In this document: positions 23,385 to 42,200 of the stretch, piece after piece
How positions within the stretch are numbered: position 1 is the stretch's first letter
Layout: each line of letters opens with the position of its first letter
Source of the DNA: Euglena gracilis
Lineage: Eukaryota
Direction of reading: 5' to 3'
DNA length: 64,000 bases
Assembly: GCA_039621445.1 (NCBI GenBank)
Contig: CP154954.1
Location: 15,828,140 to 15,892,139 of the forward strand
Made by a program: the position numbers and the translations under genes
The notes under the pieces: model-generated
What the model saw: only the letters and a program-made list of their open reading frames with translations
What the model was told of the DNA's origin: nothing
Database searches by the model: none

Positions 23385-25297
23385 CTTGCACAACAAGGAA
23401 AATATCAGTCAGCCACCTCCTTCTCCGGGTGAGCCAGTAAACAAGCAAACAGCAAACTGCGGGGCGGGGCAGCTCGGCAGACAACCTGAGCCTAAGCCTC
23501 AGCAGGAGCCGTTGGGCTGACCCAGCAGAGGAAGGGGCAACAGACAAGACTGGAAAGCCTTGGGAGAGAAGGTTTTCTTTACCAAGCACCCCTTGGCTCC
23601 ATCGTGGCAGGGACGAATTGTACGCCTCCCGGGGGGGGGCAGAGTCATGAATATCGCTGAAAAGTTGGTGGATTCGACCACCAACCCGTATTGAAAAACA
23701 AGCGCAACCTTCTTTATCCCAAGGGTTCATTTTTTCAACACAGACACATAACTCCCTCCAATTGCAAACACCTGGGGGTCTTGAAATGCTGCCTGAATAT
23801 AAACATGGGGGATTAAAGTTGACAGCATCTGTTCATATGGACAAATGGTTCATCCGGCGGGGGGATACCATGTGGTTCCACCTGGGCCCCACTTTCGGGG
23901 AAAGTCGTGATCCTTCAGATAGGATCAGGGTCATGGCCGGACTGCTGTGGACTCTCTTTTTTTTTGGATTCCGGAAGAAGTTAGTTTCCGGAAGGATTCC
24001 GGAAGAAGTTTTTGGGGATTTTTTTCCTTAAAAAATGATCCCTGTTTGACACATGGCCTTGGCTGTTCATCACACAGGGAAAGGGGGGTACTTTCTCTAA
24101 AAGACAGCAAATCATTTCAGTGACACAACGAACAAAACGTGTCAAACAAAAAGACAAAAAGTGTCAAACAAAATGATTGCTGAGTCCTGATGATCATGAC
24201 TATGACGATTTCATGCCAGGTGGGAGGATTAGGGCTAAGACACAAAATTGAATGGGGAAAACAGAGCTTCTTGTTTTGAGAAAAGTATCATCGACTTTAG
24301 GATGGCATTACACAGAAACCGTGAAGATTTCGACTCCCTGAGTTATCACGCTGAGAAGAGGCAAAGGACTCGTTGGCAGAGAAACCACTGACAGGTTCGA
24401 CAGCATCCGGAGGAAATTGTGAGTGGATTCACTTCCGCCACCGCTGCTGCCATTCCGTAGCCCGCTCCCAGTCAGGTCTGGCTTCAGGGCAGGAGAGCCC
24501 AACGAAGTGCTGGGTTGCCCACCTGCCGTTCTCTGCTCTGCAGGAGAGGATATCGTATAGCAAGGCCCATTGCAAGACAGCCGGTGCAATGAGCCGCGGG
24601 TCGGAGAGAGGGTGGACATAACACAGCAGCATCCCACTGGGCGAAGTGTAATGCGACGCTGCATCCCCATAGGAGGGGGAAATGAGCGGGGGTCAAAAGA
24701 GGGTGTGAACTTCCTGAAAAGTCGGGATAGGCCATTCACCAGGAAATAAATCATCCTGCAATGTGATCACAGAGTTAGACGACGACACATCATTCTGGCA
24801 GACAAAGAAGCCATACCAATGAAAACAAGGTCAGGTCCTTTGACGTGTCCACACTAAAATTGCAGTTGACCATACGTTGGTGTGGCTTCTGTGTCTGAAG
24901 AGCTCCCATGCACAAACATGTGGGAAGACCAACAAATAATTGTTATTTGGCGACAAAATTTTCTAACAATTCCGAAACTAGGAAAACGAAATGCAATACA
25001 CCACATCCCTCACCCTGCGGACAAGAAAACATTTGAAACTTGTGGATGAATGAAAAACTGCAAAAAACCAGCAAACGAATGAAAAACTTGGTGCCTTTTC
25101 CACCCTGTCAAACGTACAGTACAGGGCGAGGCTGCACTTGTCATCAAGGTACTCTTTCGTGTCGAAATCCAATGTTTTTTTCATTCAAATGTTCTTATTT
25201 TTGTTGATATCCCCGGTCGATTCCTCATTGCATTGCCTTGGTCAAGTCAGCACTAATCTCTTAAATGTTTGAACAAATACCTTTCTCTGCATGTTAA

Positions 25298-25585
<288 letters not shown>

Positions 25586-26491
25586 TTCCTTGCTTGTTTG
25601 TCTATCTGTTTACAGGTTGGTCGGGCTGCAGCTGTATGTATGAAGGTCAGAAATTCACTAGGACCATTCAACAGGCTCAAAAACATTGAAAAAAACTGCA
25701 GTATGCTTCGAAAGAAAATTTTAAAAATCGTGCAAAAAATTAACCCCAGAAAAAAATTGAACAAGCGAGAGAAAATTGCAAGCGATCAGAATAATTGCAA
25801 GCGAATGCAAAAGATGAAATGTCAACTGTGAAAGAAAAATTAAAAAAAGGTCAAAAAAAGTGAAAATTACTCAAAAAACACTGGAATGCACGTTTGTGAT
25901 TTTTTGCACAAAATACAAAAAAAAATGTTAAAATGCACAGCACATCCCTCCTTGCTGCCTGTCTGTAGGTCTGTCTCTCTGCTTGTCTGTTCTCCGGGAG
26001 TCGCACAACAACCCCACTGGCAGGGGTCTTGGCCAGAGCGTCGCAAATTTGGGCTGGAAGGGATGCTGCCCCCCTTTCTCAGTCCTGGGTTCCGGATTGG
26101 GCGAATGGGGCCAAAAAAGTCCTGTAAATCAAAGAATCCGTGACCCAATTTGCGATCCAAGGGGGAAGAGAATGCTGCCAGTTGGTTCATCCCTGCCCTT
26201 ACAAACCCACGAATTAGTAGGATTTTGTTGGATTGAAGGGGGATTGTAGGGTGGGATATTTCTCGAATTGTTGCCCCAAACACCCAAATAAAGCCGATGA
26301 ATGGTACTTTTAACAAAGTTCGTCAAAATCGAATCGCATTGAATAGAAATTATATATATAAACTTCAGTCCCTTGGGATTTTGAAGGTTTTGTGAACTTC
26401 CTCAGATGCCCTCTGTTTCTTTACCAGAGGTGGGGGGAATTATTGATGAGGTTGTTATGGGGTGGGTAGATCCCCAAAGCCCTCATCACAC

Positions 26492-32943
<6,452 letters not shown>

Positions 32944-35190
32944 CTTGAGGAGGCAAGCTGCACCACTGTCCCGGAGTCATGGCCAACTGAGCTGGCGGTG
33001 AAAGTGAGCAATTGAGAAGGCTACAGGTATTCAACGCAGGGCTCATTCAATGAACTGGGGCCAAAACCGCACAGTAAAAAAAGCTCAATCGACCTTGAAA
33101 AATGGGCCGGAAATTGGGCAACGTAACGTAGCGAATCTGGTTGGGATTTTGATGGTCCCAAATTTTTTCGGCCTAAAACTGCAAACAGATTCTCAAAATA
33201 CAACAGACTTGGGACTCAGGGAGAAAGCTGCCTCGAAAAAAAAAAGCAACAAGAAGTTCTGGGGTCAATTCACCTGATAATTTTGAATCTCGATATCAAT
33301 TTTACCCCAATATCCGGCAATTTTCTCAAAATTGATCCCCCTCCCCACAAAGGGACATACAAAGGGTTCACTAGGAAACTCACAGGCCATTTTGGTACAT
33401 CCTCCCCCCGCCCCAACTGGGAGACAATAGGGAATAAGTGAATAATCAAAAGTCTCATCCTGGACAGAAAGAAATACCCCCCCCAGGTGCTTGGCCCGGG
33501 CCATGATTGAAGGTAAGGCCATGGGGGCCGACCTTAGGGGGGCCAGGTTTGTATGTTAAGAATTTTGGCGGCCATGTACAAAAGGCCTAAGGCCAACTTT
33601 AGGGGGGCCAAGTTTGCACGTAAGGAGGAGGGGGGCCAAGCGCTCGGGGGGGGGGGGGCAAGCGCCCAGGGGGGGGAGGTAGCTCAAAATCGATGGTCGT
33701 TTCAAAATAAACCAGGCAACAACTTTCGGTCGTTTCCTGTGAATCCCCCCCCCCCCCGGAGGGAGGGAGTTTAGAGCCCAAAAAGCAGTCAGTCACCCTG
33801 ATATGGGTGGGTTAGGCACGTTCTAAGCAAAGGAATGGTCCAGAAACCCTCCTCACACCCTTCCTAACATATGGGTCCACCTGTCCACCCATCAACCTAC
33901 CCAAAACTGCGGGGAAAAAAGTCGGCAGAAATATTGTGAAAGGGAGCACCTCATCCCAACCACCCCAGGGGCCAAAACTGGAAACATGGGGGTCACAACA
34001 GGTTGAATGAATGATGGCCTCAGCATTGCTTCATGAAAATTCTATTTGGTACCTTTTTTTTCCTGCACTCTTCTTTTTCCCGCACTCTCTCTCTCTCTTT
34101 CAAAATTTTCTGTAACCAATCAAGGGCAAAATTGCATAATGCTCGACTTTTGAAAAGTGCATCAACATCATCAATGCAATAGAGACAAAACTCGATGATT
34201 TTAGATGCATAACCGTGTGGGATGGCAATTTCAGGTCGTCTGACGCCGCATAACTGAAAGCCCTCTAAGTCAGCCACCAGCCTTGACTTACTGTATCACA
34301 AACACAATGAAGCACTATGTGTGCGATGTTGATTTATTTCTGTCGAGCATTGCGAAAAATGTGGAAATAATATGGTTGTCATGTATCCTGCATACTTTGT
34401 GAGGCCTTCCGCGCGAGATATAATTCATTCATTTAATGTGGTGTACCAAATCTCGGACCAGCTGGAAAAGAAGGGAAGCCAGTGAACCAAAAAAAAATAA
34501 GTACTCCACCAAGCCTGCGTGGGGTGGGTTGCAACCCCCGCGCTCAAAACCGAGCCCATCGCTCTCCACCCCCCCCCCCTCCAGCTCCTCGGCCTCGAGG
34601 CCCGGCCCTGCCCTCCTCCGCTGGGCTCGGCAATGCCGGGGCTGCCGGCTCCCCGGCCGCCTCGCTCTTGCCCGCCACGGCCTCGGCAGCCCCGTCGGCC
34701 TCCCGGCGGGCCTTCTTGGCGGGTGGTTCGTGCAGGGCGGAGCGGGAGGGGGGGGGGCAGGTTGGGGGGGGGGGGCGACAGACATTACTTCTTTAAGGCA
34801 CCTTAAAACCCCTGAAAAAAAAAACTGTGTTCAAAAACGCCGTAAAAAGCTTTAATTTAATTGATTAATTAATTCCAAATTAAATTAATTAATGGATTGA
34901 TTGATTTAATTAATTAATTTTCAATTAAATTATTAATTAAATTAATAAATTCTTTTTTAATTGGATAAATTAATTAATTAATTAAAATAATTGATTCATT
35001 TTTAATTCAATTAACTAACTATTATTTATTAATAGATTACCAAATAAATTAATTTATTTTTTATTAAATGAATTAACTAATTAAATTAATTAATTCATTT
35101 TGAATAAAATAATTACTTAATTAATTTTTTGAGTTTCCTGTCTTATAACATGATTCCAACTTGGCGTCGACCCCCCCCATCCCCCACCAC

Positions 35191-35361
35191 CCGTAGGGTT
35201 CCCGGATTCCCGTGCAGCCCTGGGCTCGGGGGCCTCCTCCGCCGCCATCAAAGCCCCACTGTCCGCTGCCAGCGGGTCGGGAGGGTCGGGAGGCCGCGCT
35301 GCAGGAGGGCAGGACGGCAGGCGGAGAAGCCGTGGCGTGAGGCGGGGCGGCGGAAAGCCTG
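35191..35361 (-). CDS. Probable upstream exon of the minus-strand gene (Pro/Ala-rich)
   Basis: ttccattgccAG acceptor, GC-rich open frame GFPPPRLTPRLLRLPSCPPAARPPDPPDPLAADSGALMAAEEAPEPRAARESGNPT, then GTggtg donor. The copy A equivalent (~1295-1458) lacks 12 nt that include the acceptor. Confidence 0.5.
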
Positions 35362-36011
35362 CTGGCAATGGAACAAGTTTAAGAACGAGAACTTAACCTG
35401 TGCGTCCCTATGAGTGTGTGTGTTGTGTGTGGGTGTGCGTGTGCGTGTGTGTGTGCATGTGTTGTGGGTTTATGTGTATGTGTTCTGTGTGGGTGTGTGA
35501 ATGTGTTGTGTCTCTTGTGTGTATGTGTGTGTGTTGTGTGGGTGTGGGTGTATGTGGTATATGCGGGTGTGTTGTGTGTGTTGTGTGTGTTGTGTGTGTG
35601 GTGTGTGTGTTGTGTGTGTTGTGTGTGTGTGCGTGTGTGTGTTTGTGTGTGTGGGTGTGTGTATGTGTCTATGCTGTTTGTTGTTTTGTGTGTGGGTGTG
35701 TTGTGTGCATGTGTTGTGGTTGTGTTGTGGGTGTGTGTGTGTGTGTGTGCTGATGTGTGTGTGTGTGTGGGGGGTGTTGTTTGTTGTGTGTTGTGTGGGA
35801 TGTGTGCATGTTCTGGGTGTTGTGTGTGGTGTGGTGTGGGGGTAGGTGTGTGTGTTTTTGTTTGGGGTTGTGGTGGGGTTTTGTGTGTTGTTGTGGGTGT
35901 GGTTTTGTGTGGGGGTTGTGTGGTGTGTGGTGGGTTTGTGGTGGGTGTGTGTGTGTGTTGTGTGGGTGTGTGTGTTGTGTCTGTGGGTGTGTGTGTGTGT
36001 GTGTGGTGGGT

Positions 36012-36090
<79 letters not shown>

Positions 36091-36232
36091 GTGTGTGTGT
36101 GTTGTGTGTGTGTGTGTTGTGTGTGTGTGTGTGGTGTGTGTGTGTGTGGTGTGGGTGGGTGTGTGGGGGGTGTGTGTGGGGTGGTGTGGGTTGTGTGTGG
36201 TGTGGGTGTGGGTGGGTGGGTGTGTGTGTGCC

Positions 36233-36263
<31 letters not shown>

Positions 36264-39200
36264 GTGTGCGTGTGTGTGTGTGTGTGTGTGTGCGTGTGTG
36301 TGGTGTGTGGGTGTCCATAAGTATTCATACCTCTATAGGCGGAAACCATGTTCCATTTGTGAAAGATTCCAAACCCATCCATGGCAGATCAAATGACTTA
36401 CCTTTCCCCAAAAGGCACCCTTTAACGTTTTATCCTGGCAGACACCTCTGTGTGCATTCAGCAGCCAACACCACATCCGTTGATACTTGGAAACGTATTT
36501 TGGTCCCTCTTGTCAAAACATTCATTTTAACAATCCCAAAAAAATTGACACAAAAAAAATGAAAACCATTGCCAAAACATTGGAATACGGGGGGGAAATA
36601 TGGAAAATTTGGAAAATTTGTAAATTTGGGGGAAGACCAATCAGCAAGTTAAACATTCCTTCAAAATTTCGGCAGCATGTTTGGGCAGCCAAAATCCCAG
36701 GCCGGGGGGGGGGGTATACTGTTTGGGGGGTTCACTTGTGGCCCCGGAAAGGTCGAAAAGCAACGGGCCAAGGACAAGGGGTCAGCAAATATTTCCAGCT
36801 CCGAAAAAGGAGAATATCACACCGACGGGCTGGGGATTTTCAGATAATTTATTCACACCATTAAGCCCACATTTTTGTGGTATCCTGGCCATCACAGAGC
36901 TGAACAGGAATCCCCTAAATGGAGCCATCTGCAATGGCGTGACGCATTTTTCCTGATCACGGGTTTTATTTGGTGTGTTTTTTAAAACCGAATAACCCTC
37001 CCCAAAAAAAACCTGGTGGGGTGCCAGGTTATCGGAGCCACCCTCTGCCAGGTTGTTTGGGCCCTTTTTCAGCGCTGTAAAGGAATTTTACCTTCCAAAG
37101 GGGGGTACCAAGTTACTGGAACCACCTTTATAAAATAAAGGCTGGCGGGCCCTTGCTCCTGGCAGTGGCCGAACACCTTGGAAGGGGGAGGGGGAAAAAA
37201 GGTATTTGGTCAGTGCCAGGAGGAAGGGCCTGCCAGGTTGGTTTTATAATGATAAATCAACCTGTCAATAACTTTATCAATAAAAAAATTTGGGGGGGGG
37301 GTTAAGGTAACTTCAGGCCAACATGCAGGCCGATCTAACTTAAGGTCAACCTGAACTTATGACGACCTGAATGTGGACAAAAAATTTGGATTTAATACAA
37401 GATACGGTACCAGCAGCGGGCCATTGAGTGGGAGGCGCTGTGGGGGGGGGGGGTATTTGCTTCCTGTTTGGTGGTGTAGTAGATAAGGTTGCCGGTCGGC
37501 ATTCTTCCTGCCGGGGATCCTTCACCTGCTTGGTTCCCCACGAGGCACACAATGCGACGACCAAGCCCACACACAGCGTTCTGTCATGTACCGCATTGAG
37601 TGCACGACAGACATCAACTTGCTTCATAGAGGCAAGGAGGAGAGCAAGGGCCCTCTATCTGCACTGGCAACCGTTGGGTCTTTTAGGTTGCAGTCCCAAA
37701 AGAGCCCCCCCCCCAAGGTGCGAAGTCGCAGGTTGAAACGAAGAACAATCAAACGGGGCATCCCTTTGTGGGTCTCTAGTCAACTTTCTGAGACAAAGAA
37801 CTGCCCTGTGTACATACAGCACAGCCAACGCTGCCAGACAAGAGCAGGCTCAGAGAGAATAGTTATAATATTTTTTTGGTATAAGAAGCGGGGTTGAGGG
37901 AGGACCAGGGTTCGATATAAGGACAGGTGGGGGGGGGGGTGGTCCGGACCCCCCCCTGCGGGCCAGGAGGGGGGGGGGGGCGGGGGGGGAGACCCCCCCC
38001 CACCTAAACAGGTGCGCGGTCAGGGTGGCCGAAAATTTTTGACCCCCCAAAACGACCAAAAGTGCCATTTTGGGCACTTTTGGGGCAAAAATGTGCCAAA
38101 AATGCAAAAAATTTTCGGCGCGAAGCGCCGGAGGAAAAAATTGACCCTTTTTGGGGGGGGTCAATTTTTGCCCCCGAGGGTCGGTCCGGACCCCCCTTGC
38201 AGGTGGGGGGGGGGGGGGTCCGGACCCCCCCCTGCGGGCCAGGAGGGGGGGGGGGGTGGGGGGGGACACCCCCCCCCACCTAAACCATGTACGCCCTCCT
38301 TATATCGAACCCTGGGGAGGACAGCGGCAACCCGCTTTGGCTTAGACGGAGGCAGCAACTGCAAAAAGGCAAAGACCCCTGTGCTCGTTGAACTGAAACC
38401 AAGCAAAGAACACTTCACAAATCACTGACCCAAGTCAATACTTTCCTTGAGGGCAATTCTGCGCCGTTGCATCCGCTTTGGATCAATGAAGTTGGGAGGC
38501 AGGTCGAGTTGGGGGGAAACTGGCAATTTGTGCCAAAAGCAGGAGGCCAGGGGTTTTTTTGTTGGGGGGGGGGGCGTCTCCACACCCACCCACCCCCCTG
38601 GGGGGATCCCAGGGTCTCACTTTTCCCCCAAAATGGCTAAAAATCACGAAAAATGCCAAAAAAATAGCAACTCTTTCAAAAAAATTTGGCGCTTTCGTAT
38701 AGTATATCCCCCCCTGGGGGGACTCACTGGGGGGGGGGCACCGAGACCCCAGCGCCCAGCCTCCTCGCGGCGGGGGGGGGCAACGTGTCGAAACGCACGG
38801 AAAACCGGGCAAGAAATTTCTGGGAAGAGGTGGACACCCCCACCTTCGCCCCCCCCCCTTCAGTCCCTCACGATGTCCAACGCCGACCCCTCGTCCCCCC
38901 CCCCCTCGTCTTTTTCAGTCCCTGTCGTTGTTCTACGAGCGGCGCTGGCTCTTGGTGTGCCCGCGGGCGGCGTGGTGCTTGGCTGTGCCCACGCTGACCC
39001 GCGGCACTGCGCCTTGCATGAGAGCCACACCAAACCAAACCAAACCACCCTTCCCCCCCCCCCCCCGGGTCCAAGGCTAAAAAAAAACCCCTGGAGGAGG
39101 CGGGCTGTGCGGGAAGGCCTGGTGAGAGGGGTTGACCCCCCGCAAAAGACGGGGGAGGGGCGTGGTTTGCAATTCTGCGGGGAAAATACCGGGAAATCTT

Positions 39201-42200
39201 TGACAAAGGAAAAAAAACACCAGAAAAAGGGACATGTGTGGGAATTCTTAGAACGTCAAACTAAGTTCCTTTCCACATTCGACAGAGAACCGATCGATTT
39301 TGGGAAAGGGGGTGGTCGTGTGCACCATTTGAAAGAAAGGTTCAAAAACCCTGGTTTTGAACTCTGGGACACACGTGAATTTTCCCAAAACAGGGCCAGA
39401 ACCCCGCTGTGAGTCCCTCGTTTTTGAAGCCTTGACTGTGTTCCCCACATGGTGCTGCAGAGGCTGGGTGAATTTTGGTCCTTTTTGTTGCTTTTTTAGG
39501 GTGTGTGTGATCTGCCTGTGAAAGTTTACCTGCTGAGGTGTCCAGAGGGTGGACTCTACACACACGTTGTGAAAAGTTGGGGAAACGGCATGTCACAGAG
39601 TTGTGATCCCTGGGTGCTTGAAGCGCGTTGAGCGGTACAGTGGGAACCACCCAGGGGGAGGGGTTGGGGCAGAGGGTTTTCAGTCGTGGACCCGGGGGGG
39701 GGGGGTCCTGTTGACCTTTGAAAACAACTTTTTTTCATTGTTGTCTCCAAAATTTTGTTTTTCATTTTTGCACGGCGGTCGTTTTTTTCCAGCGTGCATG
39801 TGTTTTTTGGGGGGGGTTTCATTTTTGTAAAATTTGCACCTTTAAACTTTTATTTATGTTTTTTCTCATTCTTTGAACCCTGCTACACCAGATTTCTGTC
39901 TTCATACGGGGGCAGGCAAGGACAGTCATTCCCGGTTTCGGTCTCCGGTGGGGTCCGTTGGGGTCCGGTGGGATCCGGTGGGAACCCACTAGTCAAATGG
40001 CCAAAAAATGGTGGGATCCGGTGGGATCTGGTGGCTGTCCTTGCCTGACCGGGGGGGTCTCCCTACCCACCCACCCACCCACCCTGTGGGCAGGGGGGGG
40101 GGAGGTCCCAGGGACCCCCCCAACTTCTCCCCGAAATAGCCAAAAAATTGCGAAAAATATTAAAAATAGCACCTTTCCAAAAAAAATTGACGCCTTTGGC
40201 GCCAAACAGTATATCCCCCCTGGGGACCCGTCCCCGGGGGGGGCTCCACCGGACCCACCCGCCTCACCCCCCCTGGGGGTCCAAGACTAAAAAAGACCCT
40301 GACGAGGACTCTCTGAAAAATAAAATACAAAAAGCTTCCTCTTTTTCAGCCCCTTGCCCTTTCTCCATCACGAAGCACCTTACCTCCGCCCCAAAAAGCA
40401 AAAGCGGACACACGTGAGCCGAGTAGATCAGCACACTGCCTGCCCCGAGACGATGGGCACAGGGAGGGGCATATGGGACGCCGGAAATAGACACAGGGAG
40501 AGCAACTTCCAAGTGGTGATTGTTGTCTAGGGCAGGGCTGCAGATGCGGGTGTGTGGGAGGGGACACTGAAACAGAGCTGAAAGTGAACGGCCGCCCAGC
40601 ATGGAATGTGTGCAGGGAACGGTCTGTCCCTGGACCTCAAATACGGCGGGTGCCCCTGAAATCAACAAAAGAAAACAAACCACATGCTGCAGCTTGCAGA
40701 AACGTGTGTAAAAAAATAACCATGTGCCAATTTCCGACGTTGCGGAACCAAAAACAAAAAAAACAAAAAAGAACTTGGAATAAATACACAAAATGAGGGA
40801 AATGTCCCATCGGCGCCAACCACATCCCGACAGCCCAAGAGACGAGGGGGTGGTGACCTCCCCAGGCCAAGAGAGAGAGAAAAGAGTGAAAGTCCTGTAC
40901 AGCAAAAGGCCTGGGCCCTTCCACACAGACGGGCAGAGGTACATGGCAGGCTGGGCTGCACTGACGGGGAACTGAGATAAGGTGGGCTGGGATCAGAGGC
41001 TTTTTTAAGACTGGGGGTCCCCCAACCCACCCCCCCCCCAAAAAAATGGCCAAAAATCGCGAAAATGCCAAAAATAGTCCTATTTCAAAAATTTTCGGCG
41101 CCTTTGGCGCCGAAAAGTATATCCCACCAGCCCCTGGGGGGAGCCCCCCCAGACTCGGCCGGACCCACCCACCCTAGCCCCCCCCCTCTCCCCCCCCCGG
41201 GGGGTCCAAGACTAAAAAAAAAAACCCTGGCTGGGGTTTGGGGCCCTTTCAACAGCCGTTGCACTCGTTGCGAGGTGGGCCCAGTCAGGACCACAAACAC
41301 TGGGAAGCATCCGGTTCGAGGAGCAGCCGGGGCTCAGCACGCCGCCAACTCACCTCTCACTTCACCGCCGGCGGGGGAGAGGGGGACGGGAGGGGTTGGC
41401 ACTCCATTTCGTCACTGCGTTCGGCGGGTCGCGGGCATTCGCCCATGGTTGCCCTCGTCGGCTGAATGCCAGGGGGAGGGGGGTCCCAATCAAACCCCCT
41501 CGGGGGGATTGGGCCGAGTCGGTGCCCTGCCAGAGGCGGGATTTTCTTCTGTTTTCGGTTCGAAGCGCCAAAAAAAATTGGACCCCAAAATTGACCCCCC
41601 AAAAGTCCTCCGGGCCTGGCCCCTGGGTCCTCCGGGCCGGGCCCCCCAGGGGGTGGGGGGGTGAGTCCGGACCCCCCCCGGGTCCTAAAAAACCTATGGC
41701 GGGAATCCCAGGCAAGGAGATAGAATGACTCAGAAAGATGGGTGTGCTTGAGACAAGGGAGGAGGGAGGGGGTTGGCTTTGGTGCTTCGGGTGGGGACAG
41801 GGCAGTTGCCTCCATTAGACACCCACTGTCACTTCCCACTTTGGTGCTGTACTCGGCATTGGACGGCAAGTAGTTGTGCGTAGGAGGGGGTGCCAAAAAA
41901 ATGGCATGTGTCACAACCATAGAAGGCGCTTTTACGCCGCTTTTGCACACCTTTGGCCACTTTTGGGCCGCTTTCGGGCAGATTTTGGTAACGTTTTGCC
42001 AACGTTTGCCAAATTGGCTGACTATTGGCTCCTTTTGGCCACTGCCGGATGCAACTTTAAGGCAACTTTGGCTGCTGTTGACTGCTTTTGGTCGCTTGTG
42101 TCCACTTTTGTCAACTTTTGGCAACTCTCGGGCAACATCTGGCCACCTTTGCCCCTTTTTGGCTGCCTTTTGACTGCCTTTGGGAACTTGTGGTCAATTT

